From Spirochaetota bacterium (GTDB lineage Bacteria > Spirochaetota > UBA4802 > UBA5550): DNA of 64,000 nt. Below the pieces are notes generated by a model. The model saw only the letters and a program-made list of their open reading frames with translations. It did not search any database and was not told the DNA's origin. The position numbers and the translations under genes are program-made. Shown one piece after another: positions 30,117-39,755 of this stretch (the stretch's first letter is position 1; every line of letters starts with the position of its first letter). Where the stretch lies: assembly GCA_963664815.2 (NCBI GenBank), contig CAXXHB010000003.1:2176001-2240000 (forward strand), read 5' to 3'.

Positions 30117-33100
30117 ATGTCAACATTTGAAAATTATCCAATCATTAACGAATGCAGTGACCGTGATATTGATGTTAACAGCAATCAACCATTTATACAA
30201 TTCCCGGATATACTAGTCGGACGCGAAAAAGAAACAAAAGAATTAATTGAAGCTTTTAACAGCGTTTGCTTCGGATCAAGTGCTGTAACCTTGATATCCG
30301 GCCATGCAGGTTCCGGCAAAACCACTCTTGTGAAAAAGATAAGAGATAAAGCTGTTGAAAAAGGCGCCCTGTTTGTTTCTGGCAAAGCAGACCAATACAG
30401 CACAAATATACCTTACGAAACATTTACACAATTTGTTAAAATGCTTGTAAATAGTCTCCTTATGCTGAATGACAGCCAGCTTGTTTCTTTCAGAAAAATA
30501 TTAACCGACACCCTTGGTAAAGATATTAACCTGCTGTCTGATTTAATACCTGAGGTGAAATATATTACCGGTTATACCGTGAAAAATAAAAAACCTGCTG
30601 ACGGGAATCCTGAAAACAGATTTAAAAATACAATAACCACATTTTTAAAAATAACAGCTGCTCAATACTGCTCACTGATTATCTTTGTTGATGATATGCA
30701 CTGGACCGATTCCGCCACTATTAAAATAATAAAACATATTATTGATGAGAAGATTCCCGGGCTTTACATCATAGGCGCTTACCGTATAAATGAAATCAGT
30801 AAAGATCATGCGATTGTAAAAATGATCACCGAAGCAGAACTTTCCTCCGGTGAACATCATATTTTAAATATTGAATCACTTAATTATAATGATGTTGAAG
30901 ATATAATTACTTTAACTCTGGAAGATAACTCACCGCGTATTAAAAAGCTGTCAGCCTATGTTTTTAAAAAAACAGGCGGGAATCCGTTTTATCTCCGGGA
31001 ATTTATCCAGAATTTAATCATAAAGAAATGTCTGTTGTACGAAAATTGCTGCTGGAGATGGGATGAATATAAAAGCACGACAATGCCTGCGACTGAGAAT
31101 GTATTGAATCTGCTTTCAGATAAGATAAACACCCTGAGTGATAATGAACAAAAAATTTTAAAGATGTCCGCATGTATAGGAAACAGCTTCTCAGCAGAAC
31201 TTCTGATACTTATCTTGAATACCAAACGAAGCATTGTTTCCGGTATACTGCACCGTCTTGAAAGGGAGAATTATATTATTACAAAAGATAATTCCGGCGT
31301 TTACGCCTTCAGTCATGATAAAATCCATGAAGCAGCATACGATCTCATGACCACTGAACAGAAAAGTGAAATGCACGGCATAATAGGCGAAATGCTTTTA
31401 AGACTTTCAGGTACGGCAGATGAACAGATATTTGCTGTCACGGATCATCTTAACCGTGCAGATAAAAGAATGACAGATATTTCTGAACTCGCAAAACTTA
31501 ATTTTGACGCAGGTTTAAAGGCAAAAAATAATTTCGCATATGATGCGGCAATATCATATCTGGAAAAATCGGCAGATCTTTACAAAACTGCAGGAAATAA
31601 AGACCGCAATCTGAATTTCAGAATAATTAATGCTTACAGTGAGTGTCTTTACCTGAATGCTGAATATGAAAAATCTGAAATGGCAGCCTATAAGGCAATT
31701 GAACTGACAGATGAAGTATTAGAAAAGTGCAATATTTACAACAGAGTTATGATGATGAAATCCATTCAGTTGAAATATGATGAATCAGCAGATATCGGTT
31801 TAAATGCTCTAAAACCTTTCGGAATCCGGTTTGAATCGGATATGAATATGCGTGAAAAGCAGTTAGAAGAGATAAGATCAACCCTGACTCCTCTCCTGAA
31901 TAAGATTTCTGTTGGTGATATTTTGAATCTGCCTGAATGCAAACGACCTGATATCCATACGATTACACAACTGTTAAAAAATCTGAGCGGGGCCCTTTAT
32001 CACCTGGGTGACTGGGAATTTTCATACATGGTTCATTCAAAAACAATAAGTTTAACACTGGAGCATGGAATTACGGTTGATTCTCCGGAAGGGTTTATCG
32101 GTCATGCGATGATATGCATTGTACTGTGGAATGATATTAAACTCGGCTCCAGGCTGGGTGATGCGGCATGGAAACTCTCAAACAAGTATGGAAACCTGTC
32201 TCAATTAAGCGACGTGGGTCTTCATTACGGTTCCTATATTTTATTCCGGGAAAAGCATTTAAAATATTCACTGGATATATTTCAAAGGGGATTGGATGCA
32301 GGATTAAAATCGGGTGAATATCTTTTTGCAGGTTATACCATTAATCATTTAATATTTAACAGAATAGCAACCGGGGAAAATCTGCATTCACTCTTATACG
32401 AACTGGATAAAAATCTGACCCTGCTGTGCAAACTGAAAAACGAACTGATCTATGACAATCTTTCCGGAGTAAAAATAATTCTTTCTAACCTGGCCGGACG
32501 AACTGAAGACACAGAATGTTTTATTCTCAATGATCTTAAGGAACAGAAATTGCTTGCCTGCTATGATGAAAAAAAAATATTTTTACTTCATGCAGTTTAC
32601 GCTCTATACAAATCCATGCTGCTTTATCTTTATGGAGATTATAAAGGATCACTTTTGCTGTGTGAAAATGTTAAAAAATACAACAACGGAATACTTGGTA
32701 CTTTTCATATTATTGAATACTATTTTTATCTTGCGCTTAACCTTACGGAATTAATACCGGAAAACAGAGGCTATTATACGCTTCTTGAAGAGCCGGCATT
32801 AATGTTTAAAGAATATGCGCTGGAATGCCCCGATAATTTTCTCTGCCGACACCTTCTTATTGAAGCAGAAACAAAAAGGCTGGATAATGACATCTCCGGA
32901 GCGATGTCTCTCTATGACAATGCTATCGCATCAGCACGAGAAAATGAGTTTATTCATATTGAGGCGATAGCATGTGAAAAAGCAGGTAAGTTCTGGCTAT
33001 CTTTGAGTAAAAAAGATTTCGCTTCCATTTATTTAAAACGGGCTTACACACTTTTCGGCAAGTGGGGAGCCGACAGGAAGATGGATCATATGAAAAAACA

Positions 33101-34043
33101 ATATCCTGATATTTTTCATGAACATTCCGGGCTGAATGAACTCAGCGGATCTGATATATTCGCTCTCCTCAATCATTTTAACCGTATATCATGCAGTCTG
33201 GACATCAATGACCTTCTGAAAAATTTAAGCAGAATTATGCTGTATCATTCCGGCGCAGATATGTTCGCGCTTGCTACAGATCATGATGATAGAATGCTTA
33301 TAAGGATACAGGCAAAACCTGATATTTCAGAGACGGCAGAGGTTATAATGTCATTACCTGTTGAAGAGTGTCACAACGAACAATTTCCTTTGGAAATGCT
33401 TCGCTATATTAAACGTACAAATGAGAAGGAAATCTTTTACGATGGAAACAGCGAAAATATTTTTTATAACACTCCATATATGAAGAAAATCAATCCCGCT
33501 TCAGCGTTATGCATCATGTCTGATGCAGGTTCCTGCAAAGTAATAATGTATTTTGAAAACAGACATTCAAAATATTCTTATAACGGGATAAATAAAACTT
33601 TGCTTAATCTGTTGTCAAAACATGCTTCTATATATTTGCAGAATGCTTTTTATATCCGGGATACCAGCTTTAAAACAGAAGAAACTGCGTTTGTATTTAA
33701 AACTTCCGGCTTGAATAAAGCTATTCCCTATGAAAATATTCTCTATTTTTCATCAAACGGAAGGCATACTTCAGTTTTTTTAAACAGTAAAGTATTAGAT
33801 ATTCCTGTTCTTCTAAAAGATATAGAAAACAATCTTCCGCCTGAATGTTTTATACGTGTGCACAAACAGCATATTATCAACATTAACAATATATCAGATC
33901 TGAAGCGCAATAATAACGGAAGAATATTTGTAAACATCAACAACAGCGTAGCCCTCCCCGTCGGAAGGGCATATTATGAAACCATCAAAGAAAAGCTGAA
34001 TATGCAAATAATTAAAAATCAGATTAAAGAAACAACAAAATAA
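30117..34043 (+). CDS. STAND/AAA ATPase with helical repeats, GAF-like domain and C-terminal LytTR DNA-binding domain
   Basis: Walker A GHAGSGKT, Walker B IIFVDDMHW, KTGGNPFY, FSHDKIHE; LytTR FIRVHKQHIININ...LPVGRAY. Confidence 0.85.
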   Translation: MSTFENYPIINECSDRDIDVNSNQPFIQFPDILVGREKETKELIEAFNSVCFGSSAVTLISGHAGSGKTTLVKKIRDKAVEKGALFVSGKADQYSTNIPYETFTQFVKMLVNSLLMLNDSQLVSFRKILTDTLGKDINLLSDLIPEVKYITGYTVKNKKPADGNPENRFKNTITTFLKITAAQYCSLIIFVDDMHWTDSATIKIIKHIIDEKIPGLYIIGAYRINEISKDHAIVKMITEAELSSGEHHILNIESLNYNDVEDIITLTLEDNSPRIKKLSAYVFKKTGGNPFYLREFIQNLIIKKCLLYENCCWRWDEYKSTTMPATENVLNLLSDKINTLSDNEQKILKMSACIGNSFSAELLILILNTKRSIVSGILHRLERENYIITKDNSGVYAFSHDKIHEAAYDLMTTEQKSEMHGIIGEMLLRLSGTADEQIFAVTDHLNRADKRMTDISELAKLNFDAGLKAKNNFAYDAAISYLEKSADLYKTAGNKDRNLNFRIINAYSECLYLNAEYEKSEMAAYKAIELTDEVLEKCNIYNRVMMMKSIQLKYDESADIGLNALKPFGIRFESDMNMREKQLEEIRSTLTPLLNKISVGDILNLPECKRPDIHTITQLLKNLSGALYHLGDWEFSYMVHSKTISLTLEHGITVDSPEGFIGHAMICIVLWNDIKLGSRLGDAAWKLSNKYGNLSQLSDVGLHYGSYILFREKHLKYSLDIFQRGLDAGLKSGEYLFAGYTINHLIFNRIATGENLHSLLYELDKNLTLLCKLKNELIYDNLSGVKIILSNLAGRTEDTECFILNDLKEQKLLACYDEKKIFLLHAVYALYKSMLLYLYGDYKGSLLLCENVKKYNNGILGTFHIIEYYFYLALNLTELIPENRGYYTLLEEPALMFKEYALECPDNFLCRHLLIEAETKRLDNDISGAMSLYDNAIASARENEFIHIEAIACEKAGKFWLSLSKKDFASIYLKRAYTLFGKWGADRKMDHMKKQYPDIFHEHSGLNELSGSDIFALLNHFNRISCSLDINDLLKNLSRIMLYHSGADMFALATDHDDRMLIRIQAKPDISETAEVIMSLPVEECHNEQFPLEMLRYIKRTNEKEIFYDGNSENIFYNTPYMKKINPASALCIMSDAGSCKVIMYFENRHSKYSYNGINKTLLNLLSKHASIYLQNAFYIRDTSFKTEETAFVFKTSGLNKAIPYENILYFSSNGRHTSVFLNSKVLDIPVLLKDIENNLPPECFIRVHKQHIININNISDLKRNNNGRIFVNINNSVALPVGRAYYETIKEKLNMQIIKNQIKETTK

Positions 34044-34178
34044 ATCTGATACCACCATATAGAGATAGCTTTATATCCGCAGATCGGAATTCCTGAAAAA
34101 TATACCGGCTTAAAATCATAAAAATTCTGTTTTTGTACTTCTCTCTTTTACTATTACTTCGTCTCATCCGACAATTGA

Positions 34179-35045
34179 TCAGATCTTTACATGTTTGATA
34201 AAGGTCCCTTCATCCAGCTCCCGGAATGCCTGGTTCAGCTCTTCACGCTTATTCATTACAATTGGACCGCCCCATGCAACCGGTTCGTTCAGCGGCGCAC
34301 CGGAGAAAAGGACACAGCGCGTACCTTGAGTTTCATGCGCAGTAAGTGTAACAGTATCACCGCCGGAAAGAAGAACTGCCCTCCTGCGCTCATGGAATTC
34401 CTGTTCTGTATGCGCATCAAATGAAACTTTACCGTCAAGAATGTAGACAAAAACTGTGTCCCGTTCCGGAACAGGTATACTGCAGGAATTTCCTGCTTCA
34501 AGCGTGATATCAAGCATGGAAGCATCCACATAGTCTCCATGCATTGCTCCCGGCGTGTTGCGATATACACCGGCAATAACCGATATTCTAACCCCATTTC
34601 CGGTTACAACAGGAATCTTCTCTGCTGTAAGATCCCTGTATACTGGATCGGTCATTTTACTGTTCGATGAAAGGTTTAACCATAGCTGAAGGCCAAGCAT
34701 CCGGGGCGCAGATTTCGGCATCTCCTGGTGTATTATTCCGCTTCCGGCCGTCATCCACTGACAGCCGCCGTCAAGAATGCTTCCCCTGTTCCCAAGGCTG
34801 TCTCCATGTTCTATAATTCCGCTTACCAGATAAGTGACTGTTTCAATACCGCGATGCGGATGCCATGGAAAACCTTTGATATAATCATCAGGATTTACAG
34901 AATCGAATGCATCCAGCATAAGAAAGGGATCAAAATCCTTTACATTCGCAGCTCCGAGAACCCTTACCAGATGTACTCCGGCACCATCAACCGCGGCAGA
35001 ACCGGTAACGACCTTATTAACTTTTCGCTGTTTCATTATAAGCAA
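34179..35045 (-). CDS. Pirin family protein
   Basis: DPFLMLD, HPHRGIETVTY, QWMTAGSGIIHQE, GPIVMN. Confidence 0.95.
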   Translation of the reverse strand: MLIMKQRKVNKVVTGSAAVDGAGVHLVRVLGAANVKDFDPFLMLDAFDSVNPDDYIKGFPWHPHRGIETVTYLVSGIIEHGDSLGNRGSILDGGCQWMTAGSGIIHQEMPKSAPRMLGLQLWLNLSSNSKMTDPVYRDLTAEKIPVVTGNGVRISVIAGVYRNTPGAMHGDYVDASMLDITLEAGNSCSIPVPERDTVFVYILDGKVSFDAHTEQEFHERRRAVLLSGGDTVTLTAHETQGTRCVLFSGAPLNEPVAWGGPIVMNKREELNQAFRELDEGTFIKHVKI

Positions 35046-35160
35046 GAATCCTCCTGCTGCAGTTTAAATATCTTTTAAAAAATAGCAGATACCGGTAAAA
35101 TAAGCAAACTATTGTTAATACATACCATATTATATTTTTATCTTCTTTATATAAAAATAT

Positions 35161-35191
35161 AAAAAAGGCTGCCAATTCTCAGGCAGCCTTT
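35161..35191 (-). terminator. Intrinsic terminator downstream of pstS
   Basis: AAGGCTGCC/GGCAGCCTT stem, followed by a T-run on the minus strand. Confidence 0.8.
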
Positions 35192-35211
35192 CATTTTAAG
35201 ATGATTTTGTT

Positions 35212-36042
35212 TTACTTTAATGTTATAAAGCCGGCTTCAGAGACAATTTTCTGTCCCTCTTTGGAAAGGAGATAATTTACAAAGGCTTTTGATTCTGCAG
35301 AGTAATTTTTTTCATTAACATACATGAACAGTTTTCTGGAAATAGGATATTTCCCTGTTTTACCATTTGCAAGATTGGCAGGTATACTGTTAACGTCAAT
35401 ACCCTTTATAGAGCTGTCAAGATACCCGAAGCCGATATAGCCTATCGCTTTTTTATTATTTGCAACAGTATTTACAACTGCTCCGTTTGATGCCTGCATC
35501 AGAGAATCCTTTCTTACGTCAGTTTTTTTCATAATATCTTCATTCCAGTATTCATATGTACCTGAACTTGAATCCCTTGAAACAACTACAATTTTCAGAT
35601 CATCTCCGCCGACCTGCTTCCAGTTTGTTATTGTACCGTCAAAGATCTGTTTCAACTGGTCTTTTGACAGGTTTTTAATCTTGTTTGAAGGATGAACTAT
35701 GGGAACTATCATATCATAAGCTATGGTTATTTCCCTGATTTTCATCTTTGAGGATTTTCCCTTCTCTTTCTCTTCAGGTTTCATCTCTCTTGATGAATTT
35801 GCAATATCACATGTGCCGTCAAGAAGTGCTTTTATTCCGTTTCCCGAGCCGCTACCCTCAACTGAAATTCCGATTTCAGGTTTTACCGATTTAAAGGCTT
35901 CAATAGCTTTCATCGTAATCGGCAGAACTGTTGTTGAACCTTTGATAACCACTTTCCCCTTCTCTGATGCATTCACGGCAAAAACAGAGAGTACAACTGC
36001 TGCGACAGACAGCATTGCTATTAATTTTTTTCTTAAAAACAT
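35212..36042 (-). CDS. pstS: Phosphate ABC transporter substrate-binding protein
   Basis: GSTTV, GSGSGNG, DIANSSR, SRDSSSGT, YPISRKL; signal peptide. Confidence 0.9.
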   Translation of the reverse strand: MFLRKKLIAMLSVAAVVLSVFAVNASEKGKVVIKGSTTVLPITMKAIEAFKSVKPEIGISVEGSGSGNGIKALLDGTCDIANSSREMKPEEKEKGKSSKMKIREITIAYDMIVPIVHPSNKIKNLSKDQLKQIFDGTITNWKQVGGDDLKIVVVSRDSSSGTYEYWNEDIMKKTDVRKDSLMQASNGAVVNTVANNKKAIGYIGFGYLDSSIKGIDVNSIPANLANGKTGKYPISRKLFMYVNEKNYSAESKAFVNYLLSKEGQKIVSEAGFITLK

Positions 36043-36095
36043 TTATTTAATTCCTCCTGGAAAAATTTAACTTCGTCAGTAATAGATGTTAATGA

Positions 36096-36123
36096 TGTAA
36101 ATAAAAAATTAAGAAATAATTTA
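36096..36123 (-). promoter_or_regulatory. Pho-box-like array upstream of pstS
   Basis: Minus-strand hexamers TAAATT, TTAATT, TTTACA at 11-bp period; extra TTAACA at 36092-36087. Confidence 0.45.
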
Positions 36124-36250
36124 AATTTCGTAAAATATCGTTTCCGGAAACCGGTAAGTGATAATGAATTTCACTATAATATAAAAAGAGTATGAAAAGC
36201 TAAAAAATGATCCGCCCCGGACAATTTCATCATATTCCATAATTCCTGCA

Positions 36251-36300
36251 TATACAGAATATTTATAATTTCTTAGCATCTGCCTGATATTTTTTTTACA
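36251..36300 (+). promoter_or_regulatory. Pho-box-like array (5 units) upstream of the ligase-psd-lgt operon
   Basis: TATACA 36251, TTTATA 36262, TTAGCA 36273, CTGATA 36284, TTTACA 36295. Confidence 0.55.
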
Positions 36301-36337
36301 TAATTCCTGTCTGTTAAACCGGAAAACAGGAGGATTC

Positions 36338-38737
36338 ATGAATCGGATAAGTAACAGAGGATCATGGAAAGATATATTTGATTCCGGAAATTCAGGCCCG
36401 ACTGAATTTCTTGACTCACTGAAATCGGCCGGATTTATCCCATATTCCGGGGATGATTCCACATGCGGCATTGAAAATGAATTCCAGACTGCTGTCTCAG
36501 GTAAAAACTCGGATGTTGACCTTCCCAGGAGTATTAAAGAATCCAATTATCTTAAAAATCTTATTAAAAGAATCAACAGGGGTGATCTCAGTGTAAAATC
36601 ATCAGACGGCTTGCTGGAATACCTCGACAGGAATGAAAAGGGGATTTGGGAAAACAGCTGGGTCAGGTTTCCCAGAAATACTCTTTCAGGTTTTGCCGAA
36701 TCAGTTTTCCGTCACGATCTGAAACAGGATAAAAGCAAACCGGCGGGACCTGACAGGAATGATGCAGATAGCTTTATTATAAAAGAAAACGGGAAAGAGT
36801 TCCTGAGAATACCTGTAAGTTACCTGCTGAAACTTGCTCTTGCCGATTCCCTTGACAGCAGAACATACATTCACCCGGTAATAAGGAATACCGGCATAAA
36901 ATTTCTTGATTCTTATCTTAATGACAATACCTCTCCCGAGATTGTATCATTCTTCCCTGTTAAATGCAGCAATGACACACAGTCATCTCAAAGCATTAAG
37001 AACCAGACATTGAAAAGTTACCTGCTTACGCAGATGCTTGTTCTTTATTCCAATAAAAAATTTGAACTATCAATGAACGGTCAGGATGTATCTTTATATT
37101 TTTCACCGCACCCGCCGGTAAGACAGAAAAAGCTTAATGATCTTATTACTGATTCCTTTTACAGGGAGCTTTTTATGAGCCCATGCCTATCCGGATGGGA
37201 CAGGGGAGAGGAAAAACATTCCTATATGAATCTCTGTCATCAGGTACTGTCACGCAGCAGTCTTAACTCAATTTTAAAGCTGAAGGAGGCGGGAATCGTT
37301 TCAGGAAACAGAGTATACCTCAGGGGAATATCAAATATCAGCCTTGCCAATAATGGAACACATATCAGCATTGGGAGCAGAGGGCTCTCAGGCATGCTGC
37401 AGTCCGGTGAAGCATCCTGTACCATTCAACATGAAAAATACTACGGTGATCTTGCAATAAAGATATTCGAACATTTTATTCCGCTTTTCACAGGTACATA
37501 CAGCGCTTCCCCGTACCGGTTAAGCTTTCATGATTTTCATCCGGAAAAAGTGCTCGGCTTTCTCTCTCACGAGCTTGATTTCACACAGCTGCGGATGATC
37601 TGGAGTATATGGCAGAACAAGGCAGATCTCAAGGTTTTCGGAAATCCCGTACTGCCATCAGGACCCGAATGGTTCGAACAGTACATGTTAAAAACATTCA
37701 GGCTGCGCGGGGATTTCGTCAGCGATTTCAGGATGATAGACTTCCCCGTCTCTTTTCTGAGCACTGACGAAAGTCCGTTATTTAACGGCAAACCCGGTAG
37801 TGACGAAAGACTTAAAAAAGATCTTGCGTCAATGGGAATTTTTGACAGCAAAATGTCGGTTTATACTCTCTACAGAATGAGAAGCAACGCAGCCAGCGGA
37901 TATACAGGATTTGAGGGGAGATACTACTCGCTCTTTGAAAGCCTTCAGAACGATCTTGAAAAAGCCGCTGCAGTTCAGACGCTTATTACCTCACTGGCAT
38001 GGAAATACATTATAAACAACACCGTAACCCACGAACACATCCCTGACACCCCGGGAACTGAAAGTGAAAGAAGACAGATAATTTTCGCCACGGCAATCGG
38101 CCTCCCCTGTTTTTTCATTAAAAAAAATACCCGCAATATTTTTATGAATAAAATAATCTCCATGACCCGGAATACCCGGGGCAGCAGCAGGTATCCCGGA
38201 TATCTCAAAGTCCAGACATCAGACTATCTTGCGGCCCTGGTGAAAATAATAAAAACCGACTCGGCAGACCTGGTTGAATCAATGAACCTTGAAAAAACCA
38301 TAGAGGACCTTGAACTGAGAATCAAAACCCCATCTGAATACTCAGCATCATCACGCATTACAGACGGTATACTAAGAAAAGCGGGAGCACATAACCAGTT
38401 TAAAATTTCCGCCGATGAATTCAATCTCTGTGCTGAAGAATACTACAGGGAAGATCTTCGTATAAAGCATATATATGAAGCATACGAAATTCTTCTGGAG
38501 GAGATTGAGTCAATCGACAGCAGTGAAACCTCTGCCGATCCTGAAATAGCATCCGCGATACAGACATTGATGAGCACAAGAAACCGATCCGGTTTTATTA
38601 AGCTTATGAAATCTAAAACAGCTGAGGGTGATCTTCCGCTTATGTATATAGTTACAATGATACAGCTTCTTCTTGTTCTTCTGTATAAAGAGATGAAATA
38701 TTTTTCAATAACCGGAGTCAAAACAGGCAATGCATAG
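36338..38737 (+). CDS. Large uncharacterised protein; putative carboxylate-amine ligase of the glutamine synthetase/glutamate-cysteine ligase fold
   Basis: AGGAGG RBS; ordered motifs GIENEFQ (GxExE), TSPE, NNGTHISIG, YRMR, GFEGR (ExR). The ORF is certain; the function is inferred. Confidence 0.55.
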   Translation: MNRISNRGSWKDIFDSGNSGPTEFLDSLKSAGFIPYSGDDSTCGIENEFQTAVSGKNSDVDLPRSIKESNYLKNLIKRINRGDLSVKSSDGLLEYLDRNEKGIWENSWVRFPRNTLSGFAESVFRHDLKQDKSKPAGPDRNDADSFIIKENGKEFLRIPVSYLLKLALADSLDSRTYIHPVIRNTGIKFLDSYLNDNTSPEIVSFFPVKCSNDTQSSQSIKNQTLKSYLLTQMLVLYSNKKFELSMNGQDVSLYFSPHPPVRQKKLNDLITDSFYRELFMSPCLSGWDRGEEKHSYMNLCHQVLSRSSLNSILKLKEAGIVSGNRVYLRGISNISLANNGTHISIGSRGLSGMLQSGEASCTIQHEKYYGDLAIKIFEHFIPLFTGTYSASPYRLSFHDFHPEKVLGFLSHELDFTQLRMIWSIWQNKADLKVFGNPVLPSGPEWFEQYMLKTFRLRGDFVSDFRMIDFPVSFLSTDESPLFNGKPGSDERLKKDLASMGIFDSKMSVYTLYRMRSNAASGYTGFEGRYYSLFESLQNDLEKAAAVQTLITSLAWKYIINNTVTHEHIPDTPGTESERRQIIFATAIGLPCFFIKKNTRNIFMNKIISMTRNTRGSSRYPGYLKVQTSDYLAALVKIIKTDSADLVESMNLEKTIEDLELRIKTPSEYSASSRITDGILRKAGAHNQFKISADEFNLCAEEYYREDLRIKHIYEAYEILLEEIESIDSSETSADPEIASAIQTLMSTRNRSGFIKLMKSKTAEGDLPLMYIVTMIQLLLVLLYKEMKYFSITGVKTGNA

Positions 38738-39740
38738 AAATTTTACAACACATCAGTACATTGAGCGGAAAACCGGGTTTATCAAGGATGAAACCCTTTA
38801 CCACGATAATATTGTTAACCATATTTATTCTGCAGCAAGAGAAAACAGATCTGTTATCTACCGCATGGTTACCTCAAAATACATCACGGATATGCTGGCT
38901 TACATTAACTATGATATTCCCATGGGGAAAAGAATTCTCGGTGGAAGCAGTTTCCTGAAAAATGCAGGGATAGACACAACCGAGTTTCTTGATTCACCCG
39001 AATCACTTGATACAGCCAGAAAATTTTTTGAAAGAAAGATAAAATACAATGAATGCCGGCCCATGCCGGTCGGACAGGGAATTATAGTTTCACCGGCTGA
39101 TTCAAGGATGCTGATAGGTTCGCTCGATGAAACAAGCTGTCTTTTTCTTAAAGAAAAATTCTTCAGTTTCGCAGAACTTCTGGGAAATAAAACTGAATGG
39201 CTTGAAAAGTTCTGCAATGGCAAATACGCCGTTTTCAGACTCACTCCGGAAAAATACCATTACAATCATGTACCTGCATCAGGTGTTGTTTCTGATTATT
39301 ACGAGGTTGACGGTAATTATAATTCCTGCAATCCGGGAGCGGTTACCGCCATAGACGGTGCATATTCAAAGAACAGGAGAACAGTAACAATTATCAATAC
39401 AGATGTCCCCGGAGGTACCGGCGCAGGATTTGTAGCAATGATTGAAGTCGCTGCGCTTATGATAGGGGTTATACAGCAATGCTATTCTGAAAACGGGTAT
39501 GATAATCCTTCTGTAGTAATCAAAGGGATGTTCCTCAGAAAAGGTTCGGTAAAAAGCCTCTTTCGCCCCGGAAGTTCTGTAGATATACTCCTCTTCGAAA
39601 AGGGGAGAATTAATTTTTGTGATGATATTGTTGAAAACTCGCAGAGACGTGATGTCCGGAGCAGGTTCACCGTACACTTTGATAAAGCCCTTGTTGAAAC
39701 CGATGTCGAGGTAAGATCGGAAATAGCCCATATAAAATAA
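38730..39740 (+). CDS. psd: Phosphatidylserine decarboxylase-family pyruvoyl enzyme
   Basis: FFERK, VSPADS, FRLTPEKYHYNH.P, NRR, VAALMIG, PGSSV self-cleavage-type motif; substrate may not be PS. Confidence 0.75.
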   Translation: MHRNFTTHQYIERKTGFIKDETLYHDNIVNHIYSAARENRSVIYRMVTSKYITDMLAYINYDIPMGKRILGGSSFLKNAGIDTTEFLDSPESLDTARKFFERKIKYNECRPMPVGQGIIVSPADSRMLIGSLDETSCLFLKEKFFSFAELLGNKTEWLEKFCNGKYAVFRLTPEKYHYNHVPASGVVSDYYEVDGNYNSCNPGAVTAIDGAYSKNRRTVTIINTDVPGGTGAGFVAMIEVAALMIGVIQQCYSENGYDNPSVVIKGMFLRKGSVKSLFRPGSSVDILLFEKGRINFCDDIVENSQRRDVRSRFTVHFDKALVETDVEVRSEIAHIK

Positions 39741-39755
39741 AAAAAGGAAAATTTT

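Noticed and set aside
30117-34043. STAND ATPase as an Avs-type antiphage system
   Set aside because: The output domain is LytTR and no nuclease, TIR or other effector domain is seen; architecture fits a transcriptional regulator
36121-36546. 141-aa minus-strand ORF upstream of pstS
   Set aside because: Antisense to the start of the 799-aa gene and spans the promoter region; no RBS or motif
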